NCBI GenBank assembly: GCA_049436045.1
Contig: JBMTHG010000003.1
Location: 1-44,138, forward strand
Reading direction: 5' to 3'
Origin: Bdellovibrionota bacterium
GTDB lineage: Bacteria; Bdellovibrionota; UBA2394
Length of the DNA stretch: 44,138 nucleotides
Of the stretch, positions 18,206-27,959 are shown piece by piece. The position numbers and the translations under genes are program-made. The stretch's first letter is position 1; every line of letters starts with the position of its first letter. Below the pieces are notes generated by a model. It searched no databases. It saw only the letters and a list, made by a program, of their open reading frames with translations, and had not been told where the DNA came from.

Positions 18206-19279
18206 GTGGGCGCTTTGCGATTTTCTTTTTTTACATTTGTGATTCTTTTCCTTCTCGCGGAGGCGACGGAGCTGAGGGCGTTCACAGTGATCTCAAACGC
18301 CGGTCGACCCGCGGTCTGGGCTGATCGGTCGGTCACTTATGAGCTCTACAATATTCCCAATAATTTTAAGGATCCAATTCGAGACTCGTTTGAAGCCTGG
18401 AGGCTCATCACGGGTGTTGATTTAAGCTTTACAGAGGTGAACTTGGGGGGGCCGAATGGTGCTCGCCAAGGTCGAAACTTCATCCGATGGGTCGAATCGG
18501 GTTGGAGCCAGCTTTCGTTTCGACCTCCATCAAATGCTCTGGCTGTGACTCTTTCGTCTTTTAATTCCGTCACTGGCGAAATCAATTATGCTGATATTTA
18601 TTTTAATGCGCAGAATTTCGATTGGGCCATCGTTGAAAACGAAGACGACTTAAGCTTCATTGATGTTCAAAACATTGCAACTCATGAGGTGGGGCATATG
18701 CTTGGCTTGGACCATTCCTCCGTATCTTTTTTTGAGTCTGACCCTGATTTGTATGAAGCCACCATGTTCTATGCCTCGGGGCGCGGTGAAACTTCTCGTC
18801 GAGAACCGAAGGTCGATGATGAGAGAGGAATAAGAAGTTTGTATCCCTCATCCCCAACGGCAGCTCCCACGATTGAATTAGTCGAGCAGATCGAGTTGAT
18901 TGGTGATTACGCCGTTTATCGAATTCGCGGCGAGAATTTTAACGAGCTAACAAGCTTCGTGCTTTCGACACTCGATTACAGTTACTACGACGTGGTGGCA
19001 CGCTATCGAACGATTTTTTCATCAACAGAGGCTGAAGTAGAGTTCGATTTGGGAGGCTTTGACGCCACAGAGGCTACGATTGTGGCCTTCAATCATCCCG
19101 AGAGTCTTTTTAATTATTCTTTAAACCTCACCACAGGTCAGGCCACCGCCAACTCAGTTTCACCAAAATCGGGAGGGGGCTGCAGTGCTTCTTCTCACGG
19201 AGGTGCTGATTCCAAAACTTTCTTTTTCTTTGCGAGCGCTCTCTTGGCCTTGATGATGCTTCGTCGAAAAAAAGCTTAA
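18206..19279 (+). CDS. Matrixin (M10-like metzincin) with a MYXO-CTERM-like sorting tail
   Basis: Signal peptide, ADIYFN, HEVGHMLGLDHS, Met-turn ATMF. The C-terminus is GGGCS, a hydrophobic helix, then RRKK. Confidence 0.92.
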   Translation: MGALRFSFFTFVILFLLAEATELRAFTVISNAGRPAVWADRSVTYELYNIPNNFKDPIRDSFEAWRLITGVDLSFTEVNLGGPNGARQGRNFIRWVESGWSQLSFRPPSNALAVTLSSFNSVTGEINYADIYFNAQNFDWAIVENEDDLSFIDVQNIATHEVGHMLGLDHSSVSFFESDPDLYEATMFYASGRGETSRREPKVDDERGIRSLYPSSPTAAPTIELVEQIELIGDYAVYRIRGENFNELTSFVLSTLDYSYYDVVARYRTIFSSTEAEVEFDLGGFDATEATIVAFNHPESLFNYSLNLTTGQATANSVSPKSGGGCSASSHGGADSKTFFFFASALLALMMLRRKKA

Positions 19280-19290
19280 AAAACGAATGC

Positions 19291-19320
19291 TTGCCAATCG
19301 ATTTCAAGCCTCGATACTCT
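19291..19320 (+). promoter_or_regulatory. Sigma70 promoter, probable leaderless transcript
   Basis: TTGCCA-18-TACTCT, ending 6 nt before ATG 19327. Confidence 0.55.
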
Positions 19321-19326
19321 TAAGGC

Positions 19327-19860
19327 ATGTTTGGAAATTCACATTGGAAGCAAGAAGTGAGTCATGCTCTTCAGGAGCTCAACCAAAAAGTCAGCGAGCT
19401 CGAAAAGCAACAGGCTGATCTAAAATCTCAAAATCAACGATTGAGCATGTTGCTAAAGAACGTGGCTCGAAAATTGGCCTTAAAGCTCCCCATGTCACTG
19501 GAGTCTTTAGATAAGGGCCTGATGTATGATCTGATTTTCTCAGAAGAGCTAGAGGCTTGGCTTGGCATGGCGCAAGACGGAATCATCATTGATCTTCGAC
19601 CCGCAGAAGACTTCAATCGAGATGCGATTCCAGAGGCCGTTCAGGTTTCTGTGGAAAAGCTTCCACAGAAGATGGAGGGTCTCTCGAAGCACCAGCCCAT
19701 TCTTTTTGTGTGTGAAAATGGAATCAAGAGTGTTTCGGCCTGTGAACTTTTTGCCGCTAAAGGATTTGCCTTTCTTTATGTTTTAAAGGGCGGCATGGCT
19801 CACTTTGAAGGAAAGACAGTGCCGAATCTTGAGCATCAAGAAGCTATTGCTCAAGCTTAA
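19327..19860 (+). CDS. Rhodanese-domain protein with an N-terminal coiled coil
   Basis: IIDLR..EDF....IPEA, CENGIKS active-site loop, LKGG. Confidence 0.88.
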   Translation: MFGNSHWKQEVSHALQELNQKVSELEKQQADLKSQNQRLSMLLKNVARKLALKLPMSLESLDKGLMYDLIFSEELEAWLGMAQDGIIIDLRPAEDFNRDAIPEAVQVSVEKLPQKMEGLSKHQPILFVCENGIKSVSACELFAAKGFAFLYVLKGGMAHFEGKTVPNLEHQEAIAQA

Positions 19861-20792
19861 GACTGCATTTGCTCTCGAATCAAAGATCCAATTTTTTCGA
19901 TCTCGTGATCTGATTGTCGATCCAGCTCTTGCTGATATTCGGAGGAGTCATTTTTTTCCAAGAATTCTCGAGTGAATTTTCCCGACTCAATTTCTGATAA
20001 GATTTTTTTCATGTTTTCTTTTACCGAATCATCGATCACTCGATCCCCGCGAGTGACATCTCCAAATCTGGCCGTCGGGCTGATTCGAGAGCGCATTCCT
20101 GAAATTCCGTGCTCCCAAATCAAATCGACAATGAGCTTCAACTCATAAAGAGTTTCGAAATACGCAGTTTTTGGATTGTAGCCAGCTTCCACCAGAGTTT
20201 CGAAACTTTTTCTAAGGAGGCTGCTGACACCTCCGCACAAAAGAGCCTGCTCTGAAAACAGATCGCAAATGCATTCATCTTTAAAGCTCGCCCAAAAAAT
20301 AGCTTTCGGATGGCAACCGATTGCCAGAGCGAGTTTTTCAATCTCTCGTTTTTCTCCGGGGCCGATCGGATTTTTTTCGGTGGCCTCATAGGCGAGAACC
20401 CCCGGCAGTGCTTTGGCTGTTCCATAGAGTCGCTCCAATCCAGAGGCCGCCCCCTTTGGAGCGATCAAGATGTGTGCGGGCCCTTGTGGCTCAACAGGAA
20501 TTAGCTGAAAGCTGGTTGAAAAGCCGTGTGCAAAAACAATCCATCGAAGATGGGCCTGCTTTAGGAGGTGTTCCCGATAAAACTTGGCCTGAGCCTGATC
20601 GGGCAAATTCAAAAAAACAACTTCTGATTTTTCGATACATTCTTCCGGACTCATTGGCTCGAAGCCATCTTTGACGGCTTGATCCCAAGATCGACCTGGC
20701 CGCAGACCCAACAGAAATTTAAAATTTGATTTTCGAAGATTCAATGCCTCCGCTCTTCCCTGCGAACCATAGCCGAGCAATCCGAGTTTCAT
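19857..20792 (-). CDS. ilvC: Ketol-acid reductoisomerase (class I)
   Basis: GYGSQG, FAHGF, APKG, DLFSEQALLCGG, AYFE..ELKLIVDL, ISPTARFG. Confidence 0.92.
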   Translation of the reverse strand: MKLGLLGYGSQGRAEALNLRKSNFKFLLGLRPGRSWDQAVKDGFEPMSPEECIEKSEVVFLNLPDQAQAKFYREHLLKQAHLRWIVFAHGFSTSFQLIPVEPQGPAHILIAPKGAASGLERLYGTAKALPGVLAYEATEKNPIGPGEKREIEKLALAIGCHPKAIFWASFKDECICDLFSEQALLCGGVSSLLRKSFETLVEAGYNPKTAYFETLYELKLIVDLIWEHGISGMRSRISPTARFGDVTRGDRVIDDSVKENMKKILSEIESGKFTREFLEKNDSSEYQQELDRQSDHEIEKIGSLIREQMQS

Positions 20793-20870
20793 GGGGGTTA
20801 AATAGCATTGTTTTCAATGAGTCTCCAAGGCCAGCTTGAGAAAATCGCAGACTCATGGCATGGATGAGCC

Positions 20871-21560
20871 ATGTCACAGACTCATTCCAAGTCATTGCAT
20901 TTTGCCTTTCAGCAGATTCCCGAGGGCGGATTTGAGATTCACTTCGAAGAGGATTTCTCAGATCTCGTTTTAGGGGCTTTTGATGATGATCAGGCGAATC
21001 TCAGTGAGCTCAAAAAAACTTTCTCTCAACCCATCGTCGGGCGGGCAACAGTCGTCAAAGTGGCCTCGAAGGTGGATATTAAGGGAGGCTTTAAAACTCG
21101 AATTTCTGGAATTTGTGATCGATGCATGATGCCCGTTGAAAAAGACATTTCGGGGCCCTTGGAGTTCTTTTTGATGCCTCAAAGCCAGTTTTCAAAGCAC
21201 GATAAGCCCGGTGGCAAGGTGATTCATGGCTCCACAAAAGATTTAAAACCCTCAAGACATCGTTCTTCATCCAAATCTAAAGTGCTCACCGATGCTGAGG
21301 GGGAGCATGAGGACGTTAGCTTTGGTGCTTTTGATGGAAAAGTCGTCGATTTGCGGCCTCTTTTGCGTGAGGAGCTCATTTTGGCCCTCCCCATGCGGTT
21401 TTTGTGTTCAGCTGAATGTAAGGGGCTCTGTTTGGAATGTGGCCAAAATCTCAACTTGGGGCTCTGTGCGCCGGGCTGTTCTTCTGTGGGAATCGAGCTT
21501 CTCGAAGATCGCCCGAAGGCCTCAGCCCTCAGTCATGTGTTAGAGCCGCTTAAGCCCTAA
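20871..21560 (+). CDS. yceD: YceD/DUF177 family protein
   Basis: CDRC, LREELILALPMRFLCSAECKGLC..CG. Upstream of rpmF, with a long internal basic insert. Confidence 0.9.
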   Translation: MSQTHSKSLHFAFQQIPEGGFEIHFEEDFSDLVLGAFDDDQANLSELKKTFSQPIVGRATVVKVASKVDIKGGFKTRISGICDRCMMPVEKDISGPLEFFLMPQSQFSKHDKPGGKVIHGSTKDLKPSRHRSSSKSKVLTDAEGEHEDVSFGAFDGKVVDLRPLLREELILALPMRFLCSAECKGLCLECGQNLNLGLCAPGCSSVGIELLEDRPKASALSHVLEPLKP

Positions 21561-21654
21561 ATTTTTAATCTTAATTCGTTGTGCTTCTGAGTTTGATTCG
21601 GTAAGAATTTTGGTTTCTCCGTGATCGAAAAATGGAGAGATTTGAGGTGAAATT

Positions 21655-21837
21655 ATGGCTGTACCAAAGAAGAAAACGTCAGCATCAAAAAGTAAAATGC
21701 GAAGAGCCAATTGGAATGTGAAACTTCCTGGTCTCTCAAAATGTTCCAACTGTGGAAGCTCGATAAAGCCCCACAAAGTGTGTCCGTCTTGTGGTTACTA
21801 CAAGAAACGAGAAGTGGTTCGTAGCGAAGTCGCTTGA
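21655..21837 (+). CDS. rpmF: 50S ribosomal protein L32
   Basis: MAVPKKKTS, CxxC...PH.VCPSCGYY. Confidence 0.98.
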   Translation: MAVPKKKTSASKSKMRRANWNVKLPGLSKCSNCGSSIKPHKVCPSCGYYKKREVVRSEVA

Positions 21838-21839
21838 AA

Positions 21840-22946
21840 ATGAAAATGAGAATCGCGCTTGATGCGATGGGGGGGGATTTTCTAGCGGCTCCGAATCTAT
21901 TGGGAGCTTACTCAGCACTTCTTCGTGCTGAGGATGAAAAAGAAGATCTGCAAATTTTTTTATGTGCTCCTCAAAAAGAGCTCCGTGAGAGCCTCTCACA
22001 AATTCTAGCCAACAAATCAGATCAAAAATTAGACTTTAAATTCGAGACCTCTCGCTGGGAGGCTTGGGAGCGAGAGCAAAAGATTGTTTTCGTGGAGGCC
22101 GAAGATGTCGTGGGAATGGATGAAAGCCCATCGGCGGTTGTTCGCTCCAAAAAGAATTCGAGCATGGCGAAATGTTTTCAGCTTGTGAAAGAGGGGCAGG
22201 CAGATGCAGCGCTTTCAGCCGGAAACTCTGGGGCGATGATGGCCTATGGCATTGCAATTTTGGGTCGACTTCCGAGCGTGAAGCGGCCAGCGATTCTTTG
22301 TCACTTTCCCTCTCAAGAAGGCGTTACGGCTTTGTTAGACTCTGGAGCCAACGTCGATTGCACGGCTCTTCACCTAGAGCAATTTGCTTGGATGGGAAAA
22401 CTCTACGTTCAGGCGATTTTTGATAAGCCCAAAGTGAAAGTGGCTGTTCTCAATATAGGTGAAGAAGAGGGCAAAGGAAACGAGCTCGTTAAAGAGGCTC
22501 ATGAGTTGCTCAAAGCCAAAATGCCAGAAGAATACATGGGCTATGTCGAGGGTCGAGATCTTTTGACGGGTCGAGCCGATGTCATTGTGTGCGATGGTTT
22601 TGTGGGCAATGTCGTTTTGAAGACAGCTGAGGGTGTGGCCAAAGCTGTGGGGCGAATTTTGAAGCAAGAGTTTTCAAGAAGCACAATTTGGAGCTTTGGA
22701 GCCTGGCTCGCTCGCGGGGGCTTCATGGCCATGAAATCAAAGCTAGACTATCGAGAGTATGGCGCGGCTCCTTTGATTGGCCTGCAAGGGCTCGGGCTCA
22801 TTGCGCATGGCTCGTCTGACGCGAAAGCGATTTCGAGTGCTATTCGCATGGCAAGTCACTATGCGAAACAGGGTCTGATGGAAAAACTAAAAACACACTT
22901 TTCAGCTCCCCAAATCGAAGAGAAGCTGGCAAAAACAGAGGCATGA
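21840..22946 (+). CDS. plsX: Phosphate acyltransferase
   Basis: IALDAMGGD, SAGNSGA, LDSGAN, NIGEEEGKG, VCDGFVGNVVLK, HGSS. Confidence 0.97.
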   Translation: MKMRIALDAMGGDFLAAPNLLGAYSALLRAEDEKEDLQIFLCAPQKELRESLSQILANKSDQKLDFKFETSRWEAWEREQKIVFVEAEDVVGMDESPSAVVRSKKNSSMAKCFQLVKEGQADAALSAGNSGAMMAYGIAILGRLPSVKRPAILCHFPSQEGVTALLDSGANVDCTALHLEQFAWMGKLYVQAIFDKPKVKVAVLNIGEEEGKGNELVKEAHELLKAKMPEEYMGYVEGRDLLTGRADVIVCDGFVGNVVLKTAEGVAKAVGRILKQEFSRSTIWSFGAWLARGGFMAMKSKLDYREYGAAPLIGLQGLGLIAHGSSDAKAISSAIRMASHYAKQGLMEKLKTHFSAPQIEEKLAKTEA

Positions 22947-23698
22947 GTTTTTTTCGTTTAGATGACAAAGTGGCATTGGTGACTGGGGCGAGTCGAGGCA
23001 TTGGCGCTTCGATTGCAAAGCGTTTGGCAAAGGCTGGTGCCACAGTGATCATCAATTTCAAGAGCAACCAGAAGCAGGCTGAGGACGTTCTCAAAGAAGT
23101 TCAAAAAGACAGTCCAAAATCACAGGTTTTGGGCTTCGACATTTCTGAAGCCGCCGCGGTGGATGCTGCGGTTGAAAAAATTCAGGCAGAGTTTGGGAGT
23201 ATTCATATCGCTGTTTGCAATGCAGGATTAGCTCGCGACGCTCTTTTGCCGCGATCTACTCCCGAGCACTTTGACGAGGTGATTCGAACGAATCTGCTTG
23301 GAACAATCAATGTCGTCAGAGGTGTTTCTCGCGCGATGATGAAAAATCGCTATGGGCGAATTATCTGCATGGGCTCTGTCGTGGGCGAAATGGGCAACAA
23401 GGGTCAGTCTGCATATGCGGCCTCCAAATCGGCGCTTTTTGGATTTTCAAAATCCGTAGCCAAAGAGCTCGCTTCTCGAAATGTCACCTGTAATGTGGTC
23501 TGCCCTGGATTTATCGAGACCGAGATGACCGGAGAGCTCTCAGATCAGGTGAAAGCGGCCTATTTGCAAAACATTCCGCTCAATCGCTTCGGATCAGCCG
23601 AAGAGGTGGCGGCTTGCGTGCATTATTTGGCTTCTGAGGAGGCCTCATATATTTCTGGGACAAAGATTGACATCAATGGTGGACTTCTCATGCAATAA
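22943..23698 (+). CDS. fabG: 3-oxoacyl-ACP reductase
   Basis: TGASRGIG, NAG, GNKGQSAYAASK, PGFIETEMT. Sits in the fab cluster. Confidence 0.96.
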   Translation: MSFFRLDDKVALVTGASRGIGASIAKRLAKAGATVIINFKSNQKQAEDVLKEVQKDSPKSQVLGFDISEAAAVDAAVEKIQAEFGSIHIAVCNAGLARDALLPRSTPEHFDEVIRTNLLGTINVVRGVSRAMMKNRYGRIICMGSVVGEMGNKGQSAYAASKSALFGFSKSVAKELASRNVTCNVVCPGFIETEMTGELSDQVKAAYLQNIPLNRFGSAEEVAACVHYLASEEASYISGTKIDINGGLLMQ

Positions 23699-23728
23699 GA
23701 GAAGTCAGAGCAATTAAGGAGAATAGAT

Positions 23729-23965
23729 ATGGATCTAGAAAAACAAGTAACGGCACTCATCAGCAAAAGCCTCAAGATAACAGAAGACAAAATTAAGCCT
23801 GAAAGCTCTTTTGTCGATGATCTTGGAGCTGACTCACTCGACATCGTCGAGTTGGTGATGGCGATGGAAGATGAGTTTCAAATTGATATTCCAGACAAAG
23901 ACGCTGAATCGATCAAAACAGTTCAAGACGCAATTTCTTACATTGGTAAGCACAAAGCGGCCTAA
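23729..23965 (+). CDS. acpP: Acyl carrier protein
   Basis: [21 protein letters not shown], with an AAGGAG RBS. Confidence 0.98.
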   Translation: MDLEKQVTALISKSLKITEDKIKPESSFVDDLGADSLDIVELVMAMEDEFQIDIPDKDAESIKTVQDAISYIGKHKAA

Positions 23966-23973
23966 TCTCGCTT

Positions 23974-25218
23974 ATGTCGCGAAGAGTTGTTGTCACAGGC
24001 TTTTCAGTTGTTTCTTCGATTGGTGTTGGATCGGAGGAAAACTGGCGAGCCTTGATCGAGGGCAAATCGGGCGTCGATAAAATTACTCGCTTCGATGCGA
24101 CTGACTTTAAGACGCAATTTGCGGCTGAGGTGAAAGACTTCGATCTTGAGAAGTTTGTGCCAGCAAAAGAAGCTCGCACGATGGATCATTTCATTCACTA
24201 TGCGATTGCCGCTGGGCAAATGGCTGTCGATCATGCCGGGCTCTCATCCCTTAATGAAGTCGAAAAACAACGTGTGGCTACAATCGTAGGATGCGGCCTT
24301 GGGGGTCTGAACGAAATTGAGGATGGAAAAAAAACCATCATGGAGCGAGGCCCGTCAAGACTCTCGCCTTTTTTCATTCCTAAGTTGATTTCAAATCTCG
24401 CAGCGGGCCACTTGGCGATTCGCTTTGGATTTGGGGGCCCAAGTTTCTGCACAACCTCGGCCTGCTCAAGCGGTGCGCATGCGATTGGTGAAGCTTTTCG
24501 AATGATTAAAAACAACTATATTGATCGAGCCGTGACAGGTGGCACGGAATCTACGATTAGTGCTCTTTGTGTGGCTGGCTTTAATTCGATGAGAGCTCTT
24601 TCAACTCGAAATGATGCACCTCAAAAAGCTTCACGGCCCTTCGATAAAGATCGAGACGGCTTTGTGGTGGGCGAGGGCTCAGGACTTTTAATTCTTGAGG
24701 AGCTAGAGCTCGCCAAAAAACGAGGGGCGAAAATTTTTGCGGAAGTTATCGGTTATGGGGCCAACTGTGACGCCTATCATATGACCGCACCATCTCCTGA
24801 GGGCCGCGGTGCCGCTGAGGCGATGAAGTTAGCTCTTGAAGAGGCTAAGATTGATCAGGAAAAGATTTTAGCGATCAATGCGCATGGCACTTCGACCGGC
24901 CTTGGAGACGTAGCCGAAACTCAAGCCATCAAGAAAGTTTTTGGAGATCACGCTTATAAAATGAAAGTGAGCTCAACGAAGTCGATGGTGGGGCATACGC
25001 TTGGAGCGGCTGGTGGAATTGAAAGCGTCTATGCGATTCAAGCTCTTCAGCATCAGGTGGTGCCTCCAACGATCAACTTGGATAATCCTGATCCCGAATG
25101 TGATCTCGACTATGTTCCGCATCATGCTCAAGATTGGAAGCATGATTATGCGCTTAGCAATAGTTTTGGTTTTGGCGGCACAAACGCGAGTTTAATTTTC
25201 AAAAGGTTTGTCGATTGA
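23974..25218 (+). CDS. fabF: Beta-ketoacyl-ACP synthase II
   Basis: RRVVVTG, SACSSG, NAHGTST, KSMVGH, SNSFGFGG. Confidence 0.97.
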   Translation: MSRRVVVTGFSVVSSIGVGSEENWRALIEGKSGVDKITRFDATDFKTQFAAEVKDFDLEKFVPAKEARTMDHFIHYAIAAGQMAVDHAGLSSLNEVEKQRVATIVGCGLGGLNEIEDGKKTIMERGPSRLSPFFIPKLISNLAAGHLAIRFGFGGPSFCTTSACSSGAHAIGEAFRMIKNNYIDRAVTGGTESTISALCVAGFNSMRALSTRNDAPQKASRPFDKDRDGFVVGEGSGLLILEELELAKKRGAKIFAEVIGYGANCDAYHMTAPSPEGRGAAEAMKLALEEAKIDQEKILAINAHGTSTGLGDVAETQAIKKVFGDHAYKMKVSSTKSMVGHTLGAAGGIESVYAIQALQHQVVPPTINLDNPDPECDLDYVPHHAQDWKHDYALSNSFGFGGTNASLIFKRFVD

Positions 25219-25661
25219 AGCTCTTCATCGGAGCGGATCACGCGGGCTTTGATTTAAAAGAAGCTCTTAAAAAGAAACTTTCGGGCACTCTTGAACTCAT
25301 CGATCTTGGCACCGATTCAACGGAGTCTTGTGATTATCCGGATATTGCGGCGGATCTATGTCATGAAGTTTTAAAAAATTCCGATTCACTGGGTCTTTTA
25401 ATTTGCGGATCAGGATTGGGCATGTCGATGGCAGCGAATAAGATTCATGGAATTCGAGCGGCCTGTGTTTCAGAGCCGATCTCGGCGGGGCTTTCGCGAA
25501 AACACAATAATGCCCAGATTCTTTGCTTGGGGGCCCGAATCATTTCTGAAGATCAGGCTTTAAATTGTTTAAATGCATTTTTGAACGAGTCTTTCGATCA
25601 TCAACATCAAAGGCATCAGCAAAGAATTGATAAAATTTCAAAGCTTGAAGAAAACTACTAA
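25215..25661 (+). CDS. rpiB: Ribose-5-phosphate isomerase B
   Basis: GADHAG, DYPD, CGSGLGMSMAANK, HNNA. Confidence 0.96.
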   Translation: MKLFIGADHAGFDLKEALKKKLSGTLELIDLGTDSTESCDYPDIAADLCHEVLKNSDSLGLLICGSGLGMSMAANKIHGIRAACVSEPISAGLSRKHNNAQILCLGARIISEDQALNCLNAFLNESFDHQHQRHQQRIDKISKLEENY

Positions 25662-25709
25662 GCTCAATTTAAGCTTCGGCATCTTGAAGAAACACGCTAG
25701 ATTACTCCT

Positions 25710-26939
25710 ATGAACGATTCAGTTTTCGGTCTCATTGATCAAGAAAAAGAAAGACAGCTCAGTCAGCTTGAGCTGATTGCTTCAGAAAATTTTGCTTCTG
25801 AAAATGTTCTTCGTGCCACGGGCTCCGTGCTCACAAATAAATATGCCGAGGGCTATCCCGCTAAGAGATACTATGGGGGCTGTGAAGTTGTTGATGAAGT
25901 TGAAGAGATCGCGCGCCAACGATTGAAACAACTTTTCTCTGCCGAATCTGTGAATGTTCAGCCTCACTCTGGATCGCAAGCGAATATGGCAGTTTATTTT
26001 GCCGTGCTTCAACCCGGAGATTGCATTTTGAGTATGGATTTGTCTCAAGGCGGGCATCTCACTCACGGAGCTTCTGTGAATTTTTCAGGGCGACTCTATA
26101 AGATCGTGCACTATGGTTTAGATCAAAAAGCTTATATTGATTATGATCAAGTGCGAGACCTCGCGCGTGAGCATCGTCCTAAACTGATTGTGGCGGGCGC
26201 TTCGGCTTATTCACGCGTGATCGATTTTAAGGCTTTCAAAGAGATTGCGGATGAAGTTGGCGCAAAAACTCTAGCCGACATTGCGCATCCTTCAGGATTG
26301 ATCGCCGCAGGTCTGCATCCCTCTCCGGTCGGACTTTTTGATTATGTCACATCAACAACGCACAAAACTTTAAGGGGCCCACGGGGCGGAATCATTCTCA
26401 GCACGGCAGAAGCAGCTAAAGCTGTTGATTCGCGCATCTTTCCTGGAATTCAGGGCGGGCCGCTCATGCACGTGATTGCGGCAAAGGCGGTTGCATTTGG
26501 GGAGGCTTTGGACTCTCGGTTTAAAGTTTATGCTCAACAAGTCATCAAAAACGCACAGGCTCTTGCGGAGCAATTGCAAGCTGAGGGTCTCAGTGTTGTC
26601 AGTGGCGGAACCGACAATCATTTGATGCTCATTGATCTGCGACCTTTTGAAATCACGGGTCAAAAAGCTGAAGATGTTTTAGGAAGAGCTGGAATTACAG
26701 TGAATAAAAATCTGATTCCCCAAGATCCACAGTCAGCGCGTGTGACCTCAGGTATTCGCCTAGGAAGCCCTGCTTTAACGACTCGAGGCCTTTTGGAACC
26801 TGAAATGAAGTCGGTGGGCCAATGGATTGTTAAGGCTCTCAAGGCCTCTGAAAATGAAGAGAAATTACTTCAAATTCGTGAAGAGATTCGGGATTTTTGT
26901 GCTCAATATCCTCTTTGGACTTGGCCAAAAAACGCATGA
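25710..26939 (+). CDS. glyA: Serine hydroxymethyltransferase
   Basis: [31 protein letters not shown]. Confidence 0.98.
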   Translation: MNDSVFGLIDQEKERQLSQLELIASENFASENVLRATGSVLTNKYAEGYPAKRYYGGCEVVDEVEEIARQRLKQLFSAESVNVQPHSGSQANMAVYFAVLQPGDCILSMDLSQGGHLTHGASVNFSGRLYKIVHYGLDQKAYIDYDQVRDLAREHRPKLIVAGASAYSRVIDFKAFKEIADEVGAKTLADIAHPSGLIAAGLHPSPVGLFDYVTSTTHKTLRGPRGGIILSTAEAAKAVDSRIFPGIQGGPLMHVIAAKAVAFGEALDSRFKVYAQQVIKNAQALAEQLQAEGLSVVSGGTDNHLMLIDLRPFEITGQKAEDVLGRAGITVNKNLIPQDPQSARVTSGIRLGSPALTTRGLLEPEMKSVGQWIVKALKASENEEKLLQIREEIRDFCAQYPLWTWPKNA

Positions 26940-26996
26940 TTTTTAAAGCCTCCGCGTTTTGACAAAAGCAATGACACGAACTAAGGCTAGGAATCC

Positions 26997-27425
26997 ATGG
27001 GTTATCGTCGAATGGCGCGCGAAGCGGCACTAGGTTATCTTTATCAGTCTGATCTCGGGTTACAAACACGAACCGATAATCCTCAAGTTTTTGCGAAACA
27101 CTTTGAGATTCCCGATGACTCTCGCGAGTTTTTTGTGAACCTCGTTCAAGGCGTTCTTAAGGAGCAAACTCTAATTGATCAAGAGCTGCAAAGAGTCTCT
27201 GAGCATTGGAAGCTTCAGCGAATGGCTCGTGTGGATCGTGTGGTTTTAAGAATGGCGGCTTGGGAGCTGATGTTTTCAAAAGAGACGCCTTTTAAAGTGA
27301 TTCTTGATGAGGCGGTTGAGATTGCTAAAAAGTTCAGCACTTCAGAGAGTGCATCTTTTGTAAACGGGCTTCTTGATGAGTTGGCCAAAACTTATCGAGC
27401 TGAGCCTGAAAGCGCTCTGAAATAA
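26997..27425 (+). CDS. nusB: Transcription antitermination factor NusB
   Basis: RRMARE.AL..LYQ, W...R...VDR..LR, DEAVEIAKKF, FVNGLLD. Confidence 0.96.
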   Translation: MGYRRMAREAALGYLYQSDLGLQTRTDNPQVFAKHFEIPDDSREFFVNLVQGVLKEQTLIDQELQRVSEHWKLQRMARVDRVVLRMAAWELMFSKETPFKVILDEAVEIAKKFSTSESASFVNGLLDELAKTYRAEPESALK

Positions 27426-27467
27426 AAGGCTTGGCGCCTCTGATCAATTGAATTTATTCTAAGTTTT

Positions 27468-27959
27468 GTGGTGATTTTTAAAAAGATTCCAGAAGAGCTC
27501 GACGGATTCGACGGCGATCTTGTCATTTCGATTGTAGGAAAAGATGAAGTGCCTCTTCGAGCGACGAACGCGTGGTTGGATTGGCGACTTTATGGAAACC
27601 TCGGAGAGTTGGTTTCTCGGCGCGTGTTTCAGTCTGAGGTGGGTGAACGATGTATGTTGCCTACGTATTCAAAGTTCAAGTTTGATCGTCTGATTTTAGT
27701 GGGTGGAGGGCATCTGTTTAAAGAGTCTTCTCTTCCCGATTCAAAACAAGGTCGAGAGCATTGGTTTGAGATTTTTAAGCATGTCGAAGAAATTACTCGC
27801 TCACTTAAGGTTGAAAAATTTGGCTTAAGCCTGCCGCGATATGAAAACAGCGCTCAAGAAAAAGCCCTGCTCGAAATTTTGAAATCTTCTAGTCTGCCAG
27901 AAAAAACATTTTTGTTTTTGTGTCGCGCGGCTAGTTTTTCAAAGGCCTTAGGGGCTTAG
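27468..27959 (+). CDS. Stand-alone M17 aminopeptidase N-terminal-like domain protein
   Basis: D..PLR....LDWRL.G.L..L....F....GE..M and R.ILVG.G pattern, with no catalytic domain. Confidence 0.7.
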   Translation: MVIFKKIPEELDGFDGDLVISIVGKDEVPLRATNAWLDWRLYGNLGELVSRRVFQSEVGERCMLPTYSKFKFDRLILVGGGHLFKESSLPDSKQGREHWFEIFKHVEEITRSLKVEKFGLSLPRYENSAQEKALLEILKSSSLPEKTFLFLCRAASFSKALGA

